A program made the position numbers and the translations under genes. A stretch of DNA of 64,000 bases from Candidatus Magasanikiibacteriota bacterium (GTDB taxonomy: Bacteria > Patescibacteriota > Patescibacteriia > Magasanikbacterales > UBA922): the NCBI GenBank assembly GCA_021648085.1, contig JAKITS010000001.1, forward strand, positions 746,759 to 810,758, given 5' to 3'. Positions within the stretch are counted from its first letter, which is position 1; the number at the start of each line of letters is the position of its first letter. The notes below the pieces were generated by a model. The model saw only the letters and a program-made list of their open reading frames with translations, searched no databases and had not been told where the DNA came from. Positions 38,806 to 49,934 of this stretch are shown here, piece by piece.

Positions 38806-39090
38806 TTAATCCCCAAACAAATCTCTCATTTCTGGATTTAATTTTTTAATTAAATTTAGTTTTTTAGCACGCACCCAACCTTTCAATTGTTTTTCACGTT
38901 GAATAGCATATAATGAACTATCGTGTTCTTCAAAATATAAAAGTTAATTTATATTATATTTTGCAGTAAAACTATTTTTGTCTTTTTTATATTTATGTTC
39001 TATTGCTCTTCGTTCTAGTTTATTTGTAATACCAATATAATATACTGTTTTGCGAGAGTTGGACATTATGTAAACATAAAATTTTTTCAT
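38806..39090 (-). pseudogene. GIY-YIG nuclease family (UPF0213-like) gene interrupted by a single in-frame TAA at 38944-38946
   Basis: The minus-strand translation is MKKFYVYIMSNSRKTVYYIGITNKLERRAIEHKYKKDKNSFTAKYNIN*LLYFEEHDSSLYAIQREKQLKGWVRAKKLNLIKKLNPEMRDLFGD. It shows GIY ... YIG and the conserved R/E/K pattern of small GIY-YIG proteins in a single frame. Confidence 0.6.
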
Positions 39091-39206
39091 AATTATATTC
39101 TGGTGATTTTATCCCGAGATCCTTCGGCTTCGCTCAGGATGACGTAACGGAAAGGTGATACTTTCCCGAGATCCTTCGGCTTCGCTCAGGATGACGTGTG
39201 GAAAAT

Positions 39207-42200
39207 TTAAATAGCAGGAACTGTATCTACAGCCACAGGTTCTATCACTGGAGCAGGCTCTACCACAACCACTGGTTCTGGAATTGGTTCTTCTACAATT
39301 GGCTCAGGAATCACAGGTTCTGGTGTCGGTTCTATAATAGGCTCCGCAACAACAGGCTCAGGAGTTGGTTCTGGTACAGGCTCTATTAGAGTTGGAGTAG
39401 TCGTAGGTGTTTCCACGACAGGAACAGTTGTAGTTGGTGTTTCTACCAGAATTTCAGGTGTTGTTGTTGGGGTTGAAGTAGGAACTATAGGCTCTGGAAT
39501 TGGCTCTACTACCACAGGAGCTGGTCCAATTCTACGGCTAGCGATTACAACCCAGTCAAAAGTCGCATTACTTGTTCCACTTTGAAGTTCTTTTACGGTA
39601 AACCCGCTCACATCTTTTTGGCTTACAAAAATTCCATTTGCCTCGGCTGTAAGAGTAATAGAAACTTTAATTGGCTTGTCTGCATCTATAATTTCGCTTT
39701 CTACCGCGCTAAATAAAACTTTAAACTCACCATCTACCAAAGTTCCAGATCCAGAATATATGAGTTCAGTATCTTGAGATTGAAGCGCGTACAAATTCTT
39801 GTCTCCTTCTGTTGTTATAATCTTTGTAATAAATCTACCTTCCACATCTACACTCCATGTATTATCTATAGCTATTAGGCTTCTTACATTTATAATAGAA
39901 AAGTTATTTAAATTTAGATCATTTGAAATTGGCAAAATACTACTTCCGCTTGGTACTACTGTCAATTGAGATGGGTCTGCTTGAATATTTATTGCGTTGT
40001 CTTGAGCTACAGAAATTAAGTCTTGTTGCATTTGAGCGATAGTTTGGTTCTTATTATTTACCCAACCAGTTTTGATAAGTCCCATTATTTTTCCAGTTGA
40101 AGTTGTAAGTGAATCTAGTGCAATTCCCACAATTCCCACCACATTGTCGCCAGTGTCTTTTGTAGGATCATATCTCATAGCATGCCCTGGGACAGAAGCG
40201 GTAATGAGTAAATCTCCACGCTCAATTTGTCCATTTTCTGCACTTACTTTAATAGGAACACGACCAACCATTGCCATTACTGCGGTATGTTGTGTCTTAC
40301 CATTACCTACTGTAATTGTAGGATTTGTAGAAACCACACCCGCCACTTCTTGCACATAAGAACCTTGGCTTTTTGTATACATATCACTAGAACTAGAATC
40401 TACCACTAAAACATCTCCAGCTTCTACAATATAAGCTGGGTTTATATCTACTCGCTCTGCCAAGTCTCCCGGTGCTCCTGGAGTACCAACTGTTGCAGAA
40501 GATGCAAACAATTGTCCAGCAGCGCGAACAGTACCATCTCCTTCTACAGAGAATTTTGCAGTTCCGCCAGTTCTTACAGAAAATAGATAATCACCTGGAG
40601 AAGTGAAAGCTGTATCTGTGTCAAAAATATGTGCTGCGTCTGGAATAGAACCAGCTGTAAATGTAATTGCACCTCTTAATATTGTTTTGGTAATACTTGC
40701 ATTACCCAAAGTTACAGAATTACTTCCGTTTCCTGTTGTGGTATGTCCTATCACTATTTCATTTGTATCTCCACTCGCAAAGGCTCTTGTGTTATACCCA
40801 AGATAAAGAGAGTTGGTTGATGTTGCATTTGCTATTGAACCACCAGTTATAGATCTACCCGCCCCATAACCAACGGCTGTATTATCATCTCCTGTAGTAT
40901 TTGAAGAGAGAGCATATGAACCAAATCCAGTATTATTGTCCCCTGTGGTGTTAACCATAAGAACTGAACTACCTATTCCAGTATTATCAGTACCTATTGT
41001 ATCCCTAAGAGTTTCTGTACCAAATGCTGTATTTCCAGAAGTACTAGTAACAGACTTTAAAGTATTAAACCCAACTGCTGTATTATAGAATCCGGTAGTA
41101 TGGCCTTCACCTGAATTTATACCTACGAAAGTATTATAATATCCTTCAATTCCTGAAGTATTAGACAAATTAGTCCCCCCATCTCCTATTATCAATGAGC
41201 CTGTCATTGCGGTTGGGCGGTAAAGGACAACTGTTCCATCCAATGCTACTTTTCCTGATATGTCTAGTGCATAGCTAGGAGTAGTAGTATTTATTCCCAC
41301 AAATCCTGTTGCAGGTCTTAGGTTTAAGTCTCCATATCCTGTGTTGATACTTGCTACTTCACTTTCTACTTCGAATACTGATATGTCGTCAAATTCAACA
41401 TAACCTGTGGAAGCTGATTGCCCCAACACAAGGCTTGTCCCTCCTGCTCCTACAAAGGTTATATCGAAGTATTGCCAATCTGTTGAACTTGTTCCTGTCC
41501 ATAAACTAGATGCAAAATTCACAACCCTAGGGGCATTTGTTCCATTACCTCTTGCCCAACCTGTAAGTCTATATGTTTTTCCAACCACTATTATTGACTG
41601 AAAAGCTCCAGCATTTGCAATTCCTGTTCCTGCTACTCTTAATATTTGCAGTCCACCATGAGGATTAGTTGTTTCTTTTGTTATTGTAGGAAAAGATGTT
41701 TCACTCCATTCCCCAACTCCACTCTTTTCCATATCCCCATCAATCAATACACTCTTTCCATTCAAAGTAAGCTCATTCCCCATATTTATAGTCCTAGAAA
41801 CATAAGCATTTCCATCTACTTCCAAATTATAATTTGCTGTTGTTGTGTTTATTCCCACATATCCTGTTGCAGACATCAAATTTATATCTCCAGCTCCAGT
41901 ACTGATAGTTCCGTCTGTTTGATTGTGATACATTTCTATATATTGAGTTTTTGATGTCGCAGCCGCTGTTGCAGAATAAACTCTAAAATGTGTATTTGTA
42001 GTAGTTGCAACAGAATAATCATTAGTTTTATTTGCATTCGCAACAACACTAATGCCATAATCATTTCCTCCAGCTATAATATTTAAAGATTTATATAAAC
42101 CAGCAGCATTTGCGCCATATAACCCAGGATTTGCAACAGAAGCCCCAAAATAAATTGGTTTGAAATTCATTAATACTTGGTCGTACATTGATATTGCTCC

Positions 42201-45200
42201 AAGCGCAGAATCCAAAACTAAATACCCTTTTCCTGTTGTTATATATCCATTTGTTTGATCGTGGGTGAGGCTTAACCACTCAGATGTACTTTGATTTGCA
42301 GAATGGATGAATACTGTTGGGTTTGTTTGTAGGGTGTGAGAGAAATTATAAGTATAATCATTAAGCTCTGATATTAATATTGAATTGGCTGTTATGCCTG
42401 TATGTAATGTGACCGATGGTAACGTTTGAAAACTATTTCCTGGCATAATAGAACCATAAGCTGCTGTTGATCTTATATCTTTATTTTGTGTTATATATGT
42501 TATGCCCGCAATAAAAGTATTTCCATCAAAATAAGCAGCCCCATCAACCTCAAGTTTTCCACTTACAAATAAATCGTCATTTGCATTTAATGTGTGTGAA
42601 GTAGAACCAGCATCACCAATTACTGTAATTCCTGTTGTGTCTGGGATTAAGTTGATATCATAAGCTCCATAAGTAATCAGATTTAATGAATCTGCGTCCA
42701 GACCAAGCCCTCCTCTTGTTGCTGAATTATACATAAAAGCTATACCAATTTGACCTGCGGCATTAATTGTAAGCGGAGTTATTGTGGTATCTGTTAGAGT
42801 TGTAATCATAAGAGCTCTTGCACCCGGATCCCAATTTGTCCCAGCAGCAGTAATATCCAAAATTGTATTTGTATTTCCCAAAGTAGGAGTTTGAGTAAGA
42901 GAAATCATTGGTGAGGTTTGGTTTATTCCAGCAATATTCAAAGTTCCGTCAAAATATGAATCCCCATTTACACCCAATTTATCATGTACATAAAAGTCTT
43001 GCCCGTTCATCACAAAATTTGCGTCTGCGATAGATTCAGCAGGGGAACCTACCAAGAAGTTGCTCGTTATATATGAATCCACCGAAGATGTTGCGGAAAA
43101 AACAACCCTCCCATTATTAGATTCATCTATCAAATTAATTTGACCATATCTTCCATTTCCACCCGCACCAATTCTAGCTGATATAGAACCATTATTTGCT
43201 CTAAATGTTATTTGTGCATTTCCATTTGTATCATAAAATTCACCTGTTCCTTCTCTATTTATTACAAAAACATCAGAGCCAGCTTCTGTTATTTTAAATA
43301 AGTTTGAAGTCCCAAATGAATTTGTATTAAATGTAAATGCAGTATCGCTAGCGCTAGCATCTGTAAGGTTCGATGTAAACAAAGTCGAACTTGCAAAAGT
43401 TAAAGTTGAGGAGTTTGTGCCGTTGCTCATTCCAAAGTTTCCGTTTAATAACAACCCACTTCTTCCAATACTCAAACCTCCTTTGATGTCTACTCCATTC
43501 TCAAAACGAGAGAAATTGAATACCTGCAAATTGTCAATTTGTGCTGTACCTATCTCTGTATTTGAGATTGTTGCTCCTGTGATGTCTATTATTAATAAAC
43601 TATCATTTGAAGTGGCAGTCTGATAAACATAATTTCCCTTTAATGCCAATCCACCAGGTCCAGACACACTTAGAGACGAAACAATTGATAAATTTGATTT
43701 ATCTGTTATGTCTATTATTTTTAGTGTAGCATTAGAATAAGTTGACACATAAGCATAATTTCCTGAAATTTCTATATGTTCAGGTGCATATAAATCTGCT
43801 GTTCCTGGTTTAAAAATAGATATTGTAGTTGGACTTTCTGGATTTGAAACATCTACTACAGCAATACTATTATTACTAAAAGCTGTAAGATATGCATAAT
43901 TTCCTACAACTCTTACATCACGCGTACCATCCAAATCTCCACCAACTCCATTTGGTTGATAAGTTGAGACAAGCGAAGGATTGTATGGATCTGAAATATC
44001 TGCTATTACCATTTTATCATTCACAGAAGTTGTCAAATATGCATAATTTCCTACCACATCAAAACCAAACATATTTGTTAAAGTTCCACTTGCATTAAAT
44101 GTAGAGACCAAGGTTGGATTATATGGATCTGAAATATCTACTATTGTCATTTTTCCTCCTAATAATGCTGCAATATATGCATAATTCCCTACTATTTTAA
44201 TCGTTCTTGCTCCATTTAAATCCCCATTTAATCCTCCTGGTTGAAAAATTGCTGTTGTGGTTGGACTTGCTGGATTTGTTATATCTATTATTACAAGTTG
44301 ATCTTTATCATAAGAAAGAGCATAAGCGTAATTATTTGCAATAGCAACATCTGATATATTATCCAAATCTCCATTTAAACCTCCAGGTTGAAAAATTGCT
44401 GTTGTGGTTGGACTTGTTGGATCTGCAATATTTATTATTACAAGCTGATCTTTCGCTCCAGCGCTAGTATAAGCATAATTACCAGAAATTCTTACTTTAG
44501 ATATTCCATCCAAATCTCCATTTAAACCCCCAGGTTGAAAAGTACTTACTATTGTAGGATTTAAAACATTACCTTTTGTTAAAGTCTGCCCAGCAAAAGT
44601 AGAGGCGCCACTTATATATGCAGTTCCACTTACTGTTAAACCATAACCAGGTGTTGTTGTATTTATTCCCACAAATCCTGTGGCAGGTCTTAGGTTTAAG
44701 TCTCCATATCCTGTGTTGATACTTGCTACTTCACTTTCTACTTCGAATACTGATACATCGTCAAATTCTACATATCCTGCACTGGTACAATCAGACTCTA
44801 AAAAAATGCTTGCCCCTGCTGCAACAAATGTAATATCAAAGTATTGCCAAGTTGTTGATGTTGTTCCATTCCACTGTGCAGTTGCATTTGGAGAATCTAT
44901 ATTAGGTTTGAACGTCCCATCACCCCTCGCCCATCCTCTAACCCTGTATTTCTTACCACTCGTAACGATACTTTGAAAAGCTGAAGGTTGATTAGTACCA
45001 TTGTAAGCTATTCTTAAGTTTTGAACTCCTGTGACTGGGTCTGTTGTTTCTTTTGTAAGAATTGCATTTGAACCTACAGCCCAAGCACCTACCCCATCAG
45101 TCTCCATATCCCCATCAATCAATAGACTCTTTCCATTCAAAGTAAGCTCATTCCCCATATTTATAGTCCTAGAAACATAAGCATTTCCATCTACTTCCAA

Positions 45201-48200
45201 ATTATAATTTGCTGTTGTTGTGTTTATTCCCACAAATCCTGTTGCAGACATTAAGTTTATATCTCCAGCTCCAGTACTGATAGTTCCGTCTGTTTGATTG
45301 TGGGTGAGGCTTAACCATTCAGATGTACTTTGATTTGCAGAGTGAATGAATACTGTTGGGTTTGTTTGAGCTGAATGAGCAAAATCATATCCTCTATCTG
45401 CTGTTTGTGTAAAAATAATTGAATTAGCCACATCATCCAATCCCCAAATCATAGTATCTACAGTTTGACCTGTCGACCAATCTAATCTTGAATCTTGAGA
45501 ATTACCAAATTGTAATTCTGTGTTATTCAACATTACAATATCTCCATTCGCACCAATAGTTGTAAGACCATCAAAAACAGCTGTTGAGTCAAAATAAGCA
45601 GCCCCATCAACCTCAAGTTTTCCACTTATAAATAAATCGTCATTTGCATTTAATGTGTGTGAAGTAGTCCCAGCATCACCAATTGTGATAACAGTTGAAT
45701 TTCCTATTATTTGATCTACTCCTGTGATGTCATTTCCTGCCAACGACATTACACCACCCAATGTCACACCTGCTGTAAATGAAGCGGAACTATCAAAAAA
45801 TGAATAGCCGTCAACCTCAAAAGCTCCACTTACAAACAAATCATCATTTGTGGTTAGATCATGACTGTCTGTTCCAGCGTCACCAATTGTCACATTATTT
45901 AAATTTCCTATTATTTGATCTACTCCTGTGATGTCATTTCCTGCCATCAAAATATTCCCCCCCATTGATAAAGTACTTGCGATATATGCTGTTCCGCTTA
46001 CAGTTAATTTATATCCAGGTGTTGTTGTGTTTATTCCTACATTGCTACCAAGAATAGTCATTGCCTCATTGCCACCACCATCCGCAGAATTTGAAACAAA
46101 GAACCGCATTCGTCCTTTTTCAGCGCCAGCAGTCATATCTTGATTTAGCATCAGGATTGAACCATATTTAGTGCGTGTACCTACTGAATTTGCTAAGAAG
46201 TATTCAATACCAACATTGTTTAAACTATTATATTGTGAACCATCAAGATTTATTTTAGTTTTATTTACTGATGTACTCTGTATATCCAATATACTTTGCG
46301 GTGTAGAAGTTCCAATACCTACATTACCAGCAGCTAATATCGTCATTTTTGGAGAATTATTTGTCCTAAAAGTCAAATTGTGGTTGCTAACCGCTCCCAT
46401 AAAAACATTGGACCCGCTTGCATTTGTTCCAAAACCCCCTTCAACATCATTTGTAGTATCTCTGAAAATCATTAAACTATTTCCAGCATTGTAAAAACCA
46501 GCTTGTGCTGTAGTCCCAATTGGTGTTTCAGGAGTACCCATAGTGAAAAGATGATTTGGTATATTTGTCCCAATACCCACATAACCAGCATTATCAATTA
46601 TCATTCTATCTTGTAGTACAGCACTACTATCAGCTGTGCTAAATTTCATCCAACCACCATTTACACTTGCACTTCTATCTTGAACGAGAATTGACCCTTT
46701 TATAGCATTATTATAACCACGAAAATTAAGTGTTGGTTCATATGGACTAGCAGTTGATCCAGCAGACCCTTTTGTACCAATAGATATTGCAGCGCCACCA
46801 CTAGCTTCAACATTTAATTCATTAGTTAAAGTAGAAGTTGTTCCTATTCCTACATTTCCCTTTAGGAAAGTGTCAGTAATATTATCATTCCCCAAAGTAA
46901 CGGAATTACTTCCGTTTCCTGTTGCGTCGTATCCTATTACTATTTCATTTGTGCCACCATCTGCGAGTGCTTTTGTGTTATAACCAAGATAAAGAGAATT
47001 ATTTCCATTTATATTTGCTGATGTACCATTTGTTAAATATCTACCAGAACCCCAACCTAAAGCTGTATTATTAGATGCTACATTTGCATATAAAGACGCT
47101 CGTCCTATTACTGTATTACCACTTCCTCCTATATTAGCTGCAAGAGCAACAAAACCAATTACCACATTTTGATTTCCTATAGTCAATGCCTTAGCAGTAT
47201 TATAACCAATTAAGGTATTTTCAAGACCTGCTGTATTTGCACTTCCAGATCCAAGTCCTACAAAAGTATTATAATATCCTTCATTTCCAGTAGTATTTGA
47301 CAAATTTGTTCCTCCATCTCCTATTATCAATGAGCCTGTCATTGCGGTTGGGCGGTAAAGAACAACTGTTCCATCCAATGCTACTTTTCCTGATACATCT
47401 AGTGCATAGCTAGGAGTAGTGGTGTTTATTCCCACAAATCCTGTTGCAGACATTAAGTTTATATCTCCAGCTCCTGTTGAAATTACTCCATTTGTTTGGT
47501 CGTGCGTTAAGCTTAACCATTGAGTATTATCTGAATCTGGATCTGTGGCAGAATGTATAAATATTGTTGGGTTTGTCTGATTTCCATGGTCAAAACTTTT
47601 TGTCTGATTTCCAACTTTTGTAAATACTATTGATTGTGAATTTGTACCCAAAGCCCAAATTAAAGTTTCTGCTGTTGCTTCATTTGTGCTCCAGTCCAAA
47701 AATGAATCACTAGATCCACCAAAAGTTATATTTCCGTCATCCAACATAAATAAATCTGAAGTTGAAAGCCTTCCATCAAAAAACGAATTACCATCTACTT
47801 CTAGCCTACCACTTACAAATAAATCATCATTTGTGGTAAAAGCACGACTAGAACTTCCGGCATCTCCAACTGTAATATATGTTGAATTTCCTATTATTTG
47901 ATCTACTCCTGTGATGTCGTTTCCTGATAATGCCAAATTTCCACCTAAAGTGGATAAACCACTAATATACGTAGTACCGCTCACAGTAAGAGCGTAGTTT
48001 GGTGTACTTGTTCCAATTCCAAAATTTCCAGTTCCAATTACTACATTTTGGTTGTTTGTTGTATTTAAACTTAATGTACTTGCCGAATCTATTGTAAGAG
48101 CTCCACCAGTCATTGAAATAACTCCACCGTCCACATCGCCATTCAAGTGAAGTGTGCTAGTTCCAATATATAAATCGTTTTCAATAAATACTGCGTTTCC

Positions 48201-49280
48201 TACTCCAAGCATATCAGCCACATACATATCATTTCCACTCAAAGCAAATGTTGAAGTTGTAATAGCTTCTGAGCCAGTAGTTCCAATAAACAAGTTCTGA
48301 TTTATATAAGAATTACTATCAGCAGATAATTTAATTCCTGTTAAATTTGTACTTTTTTTAATATAAAGAGAACCTGCTTGATTTAACGCACCAATATAAT
48401 TAGTAACATAATTAGATGCTTGAGATATTTGAAATCCAACACTATTACCATTTTGAACTTTAAGATGTGCTCCACCAGAAGTTTCACCTTGTACTGTCAA
48501 GCTTGTAGTGTCGTTACTTACCACTTTCAATAAAACATTTGAATTTGTAGAAGTTCCAACCTCCATACTTCCTGCGAGAAATCCATCTCCGTCTTCGTCT
48601 ACTCGGAATTTTTCTGCGCCGTTTAAAGCTATTCCAAACAAAGTTTCATTTGCATCGGCAGAAGCAGGATTGATATAAACCAAACCACCACTCACTCCGC
48701 TAGATTGAGGATCGCCAGAAAAAGTTAAGTTTCCGTTTGAATCTGAGAGAGGAATGTAAACCGAGCTAGAAGCAGTCGCGGTCTCGTAGCCCATAAGGTA
48801 TTTACTGTTCATTGCAAAAGGCGATGCTGTGATTTGTTTTCTAGGAGAAAGTGCAGTGCCATCTACCCAAACTTCCAAGTAAATTGTTGAATTATTTTTA
48901 AAAATCGTAGAATCTATACTATTTGTAATTCCTGATCCCAAATCTACAGAGAAAATACCTTGGCTTGGTGTTATAGAAACTGTAGAAGTACTTGCCAAAG
49001 TTCCACCAGCAGTATAAAGCAAACTTCCTCCGCTAGATGCGTCGTAAAGCAAAAATGCCATTGATTTTGTAGTAGTCACAGAAGCACCGCTTTCCAAAAG
49101 TTTACCTTGATAAGAAATGATAGTTGGCGGAGTTGCAGTTTTTACTGTATTGGTTAGGAGGAGGCCTCCTAAGACAAAAAGTGAAATTAGAAAAGCAAAA
49201 GCAAGCCGTGTAAAGGCCATTTTTGGCAATCTAAAGAGTTTAGTTTTTACAACCCAATTACTTTGTGGCATGTTTTTCAC
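39207..49280 (-). CDS. giant surface protein (3357 aa): N-terminal TM anchor, Gly/Thr/Asn-rich beta-helix-like repeats, two copies of a CBM-like module, LVIVD beta-propeller repeats, C-terminal Pro/Glu-rich (PEPV) tail
   Basis: The N-terminus is MKNMPQSNWVVKTKLFRLPKMAFTRLAFAFLISLFVLGGLLL. LVIVD repeats are present (GNYAYTSAGAKDQLVIINIADPTSPTT ... DKDQLVIIDITNPASPTT ...). A module of about 170 aa ending VEFDD(V/I)SVFEVESEVASINTGYGDLNLRPATGFVGINTTTP is duplicated. The C-terminus is PEPIVPTSTPTTTPE ... PEPVVAEPIIEPTPEPVIPEP. Confidence 0.75.
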   Translation of the reverse strand: MKNMPQSNWVVKTKLFRLPKMAFTRLAFAFLISLFVLGGLLLTNTVKTATPPTIISYQGKLLESGASVTTTKSMAFLLYDASSGGSLLYTAGGTLASTSTVSITPSQGIFSVDLGSGITNSIDSTIFKNNSTIYLEVWVDGTALSPRKQITASPFAMNSKYLMGYETATASSSVYIPLSDSNGNLTFSGDPQSSGVSGGLVYINPASADANETLFGIALNGAEKFRVDEDGDGFLAGSMEVGTSTNSNVLLKVVSNDTTSLTVQGETSGGAHLKVQNGNSVGFQISQASNYVTNYIGALNQAGSLYIKKSTNLTGIKLSADSNSYINQNLFIGTTGSEAITTSTFALSGNDMYVADMLGVGNAVFIENDLYIGTSTLHLNGDVDGGVISMTGGALTIDSASTLSLNTTNNQNVVIGTGNFGIGTSTPNYALTVSGTTYISGLSTLGGNLALSGNDITGVDQIIGNSTYITVGDAGSSSRAFTTNDDLFVSGRLEVDGNSFFDGRLSTSDLFMLDDGNITFGGSSDSFLDWSTNEATAETLIWALGTNSQSIVFTKVGNQTKSFDHGNQTNPTIFIHSATDPDSDNTQWLSLTHDQTNGVISTGAGDINLMSATGFVGINTTTPSYALDVSGKVALDGTVVLYRPTAMTGSLIIGDGGTNLSNTTGNEGYYNTFVGLGSGSANTAGLENTLIGYNTAKALTIGNQNVVIGFVALAANIGGSGNTVIGRASLYANVASNNTALGWGSGRYLTNGTSANINGNNSLYLGYNTKALADGGTNEIVIGYDATGNGSNSVTLGNDNITDTFLKGNVGIGTTSTLTNELNVEASGGAAISIGTKGSAGSTASPYEPTLNFRGYNNAIKGSILVQDRSASVNGGWMKFSTADSSAVLQDRMIIDNAGYVGIGTNIPNHLFTMGTPETPIGTTAQAGFYNAGNSLMIFRDTTNDVEGGFGTNASGSNVFMGAVSNHNLTFRTNNSPKMTILAAGNVGIGTSTPQSILDIQSTSVNKTKINLDGSQYNSLNNVGIEYFLANSVGTRTKYGSILMLNQDMTAGAEKGRMRFFVSNSADGGGNEAMTILGSNVGINTTTPGYKLTVSGTAYIASTLSMGGNILMAGNDITGVDQIIGNLNNVTIGDAGTDSHDLTTNDDLFVSGAFEVDGYSFFDSSASFTAGVTLGGVMSLAGNDITGVDQIIGNSTVITIGDAGTTSHTLNANDDLFISGKLEVDGAAYFDSTAVFDGLTTIGANGDIVMLNNTELQFGNSQDSRLDWSTGQTVDTMIWGLDDVANSIIFTQTADRGYDFAHSAQTNPTVFIHSANQSTSEWLSLTHNQTDGTISTGAGDINLMSATGFVGINTTTANYNLEVDGNAYVSRTINMGNELTLNGKSLLIDGDMETDGVGAWAVGSNAILTKETTDPVTGVQNLRIAYNGTNQPSAFQSIVTSGKKYRVRGWARGDGTFKPNIDSPNATAQWNGTTSTTWQYFDITFVAAGASIFLESDCTSAGYVEFDDVSVFEVESEVASINTGYGDLNLRPATGFVGINTTTPGYGLTVSGTAYISGASTFAGQTLTKGNVLNPTIVSTFQPGGLNGDLDGISKVRISGNYAYTSAGAKDQLVIINIADPTSPTTTAIFQPGGLNGDLDNISDVAIANNYAYALSYDKDQLVIIDITNPASPTTTAIFQPGGLNGDLNGARTIKIVGNYAYIAALLGGKMTIVDISDPYNPTLVSTFNASGTLTNMFGFDVVGNYAYLTTSVNDKMVIADISDPYNPSLVSTYQPNGVGGDLDGTRDVRVVGNYAYLTAFSNNSIAVVDVSNPESPTTISIFKPGTADLYAPEHIEISGNYAYVSTYSNATLKIIDITDKSNLSIVSSLSVSGPGGLALKGNYVYQTATSNDSLLIIDITGATISNTEIGTAQIDNLQVFNFSRFENGVDIKGGLSIGRSGLLLNGNFGMSNGTNSSTLTFASSTLFTSNLTDASASDTAFTFNTNSFGTSNLFKITEAGSDVFVINREGTGEFYDTNGNAQITFRANNGSISARIGAGGNGRYGQINLIDESNNGRVVFSATSSVDSYITSNFLVGSPAESIADANFVMNGQDFYVHDKLGVNGDSYFDGTLNIAGINQTSPMISLTQTPTLGNTNTILDITAAGTNWDPGARALMITTLTDTTITPLTINAAGQIGIAFMYNSATRGGLGLDADSLNLITYGAYDINLIPDTTGITVIGDAGSTSHTLNANDDLFVSGKLEVDGAAYFDGNTFIAGITYITQNKDIRSTAAYGSIMPGNSFQTLPSVTLHTGITANSILISELNDYTYNFSHTLQTNPTVFIHSANQSTSEWLSLTHDQTNGYITTGKGYLVLDSALGAISMYDQVLMNFKPIYFGASVANPGLYGANAAGLYKSLNIIAGGNDYGISVVANANKTNDYSVATTTNTHFRVYSATAAATSKTQYIEMYHNQTDGTISTGAGDINLMSATGYVGINTTTANYNLEVDGNAYVSRTINMGNELTLNGKSVLIDGDMEKSGVGEWSETSFPTITKETTNPHGGLQILRVAGTGIANAGAFQSIIVVGKTYRLTGWARGNGTNAPRVVNFASSLWTGTSSTDWQYFDITFVGAGGTSLVLGQSASTGYVEFDDISVFEVESEVASINTGYGDLNLRPATGFVGINTTTPSYALDISGKVALDGTVVLYRPTAMTGSLIIGDGGTNLSNTSGIEGYYNTFVGINSGEGHTTGFYNTAVGFNTLKSVTSTSGNTAFGTETLRDTIGTDNTGIGSSVLMVNTTGDNNTGFGSYALSSNTTGDDNTAVGYGAGRSITGGSIANATSTNSLYLGYNTRAFASGDTNEIVIGHTTTGNGSNSVTLGNASITKTILRGAITFTAGSIPDAAHIFDTDTAFTSPGDYLFSVRTGGTAKFSVEGDGTVRAAGQLFASSATVGTPGAPGDLAERVDINPAYIVEAGDVLVVDSSSSDMYTKSQGSYVQEVAGVVSTNPTITVGNGKTQHTAVMAMVGRVPIKVSAENGQIERGDLLITASVPGHAMRYDPTKDTGDNVVGIVGIALDSLTTSTGKIMGLIKTGWVNNKNQTIAQMQQDLISVAQDNAINIQADPSQLTVVPSGSSILPISNDLNLNNFSIINVRSLIAIDNTWSVDVEGRFITKIITTEGDKNLYALQSQDTELIYSGSGTLVDGEFKVLFSAVESEIIDADKPIKVSITLTAEANGIFVSQKDVSGFTVKELQSGTSNATFDWVVIASRRIGPAPVVVEPIPEPIVPTSTPTTTPEILVETPTTTVPVVETPTTTPTLIEPVPEPTPEPVVAEPIIEPTPEPVIPEPIVEEPIPEPVVVVEPAPVIEPVAVDTVPAI

Positions 49281-49934
49281 AATTCACAGAAAATATATAA
49301 ATTCGGCCCAACAAGCTAAACCGCGAAAAACTCTTCCACGGACGAGGACTACCCTCTTTGGGTTATTTTCTGCGTACTAATAAAAAACATTTGTAAACTT
49401 AGAGTATATTGTATTCTTGTAATTCTATCTCGAGACCCTTCGGCTTCGCTCAGGATGACATACTAGAAAAACACTTTTTATCTCAGTAAAATAGCTGACT
49501 GAGCTAAAATAGTTTTCTAGCTATACTCTTACTATATTTTAACATAAAATGAAAGATTTTTCACACACAAACTGTGGATAAGTTTTATACTTTTTTTCTT
49601 CCTTAGGAAATATTATTTAAAAACGCTTTTTTATAGTAGAATAAGCTATAAAAATAAAATTAGAAAAATATATTTTTTGGTGTTTTTTGTATATTATGCT
49701 TCGCTCCGTTCGGGGGATGACGTGATGGAAAGGTGATGCTGCCCCGAGATCCTTCGGCTTCGCTCAGGATGACGTGAATAGTTTCTGTCTCATGCTATAT
49801 GTATCGTATCTCATAATTATTTTTATTTTTAATTTAAAAACTTGACATATAAAATTAAAGGTTCTAAAATTTAAATACCGCTCATTTACAATATTTTACA
49901 CAGATGTTTTGTGTAAAAAAAGGAGGAATTCAAA

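Noticed and set aside
40072-47901. Numerous 60-110-aa plus-strand ORFs inside the giant minus-strand gene (for example 40072-40359, 44680-44976, 46171-46494)
   Set aside because: They are antisense ORFs produced by the codon bias of a long repetitive gene. They have no start context and no conservation signal.
49573-49581. Single DnaA box upstream of the giant gene as a regulatory site
   Set aside because: It is an isolated box embedded in the recurring 18-mer ACTGTGGATAAGTTTTAT, so it is more likely part of a dispersed repeat than a functional operator. Only the clustered boxes at 59.4-59.8 kb are reported as a candidate origin.
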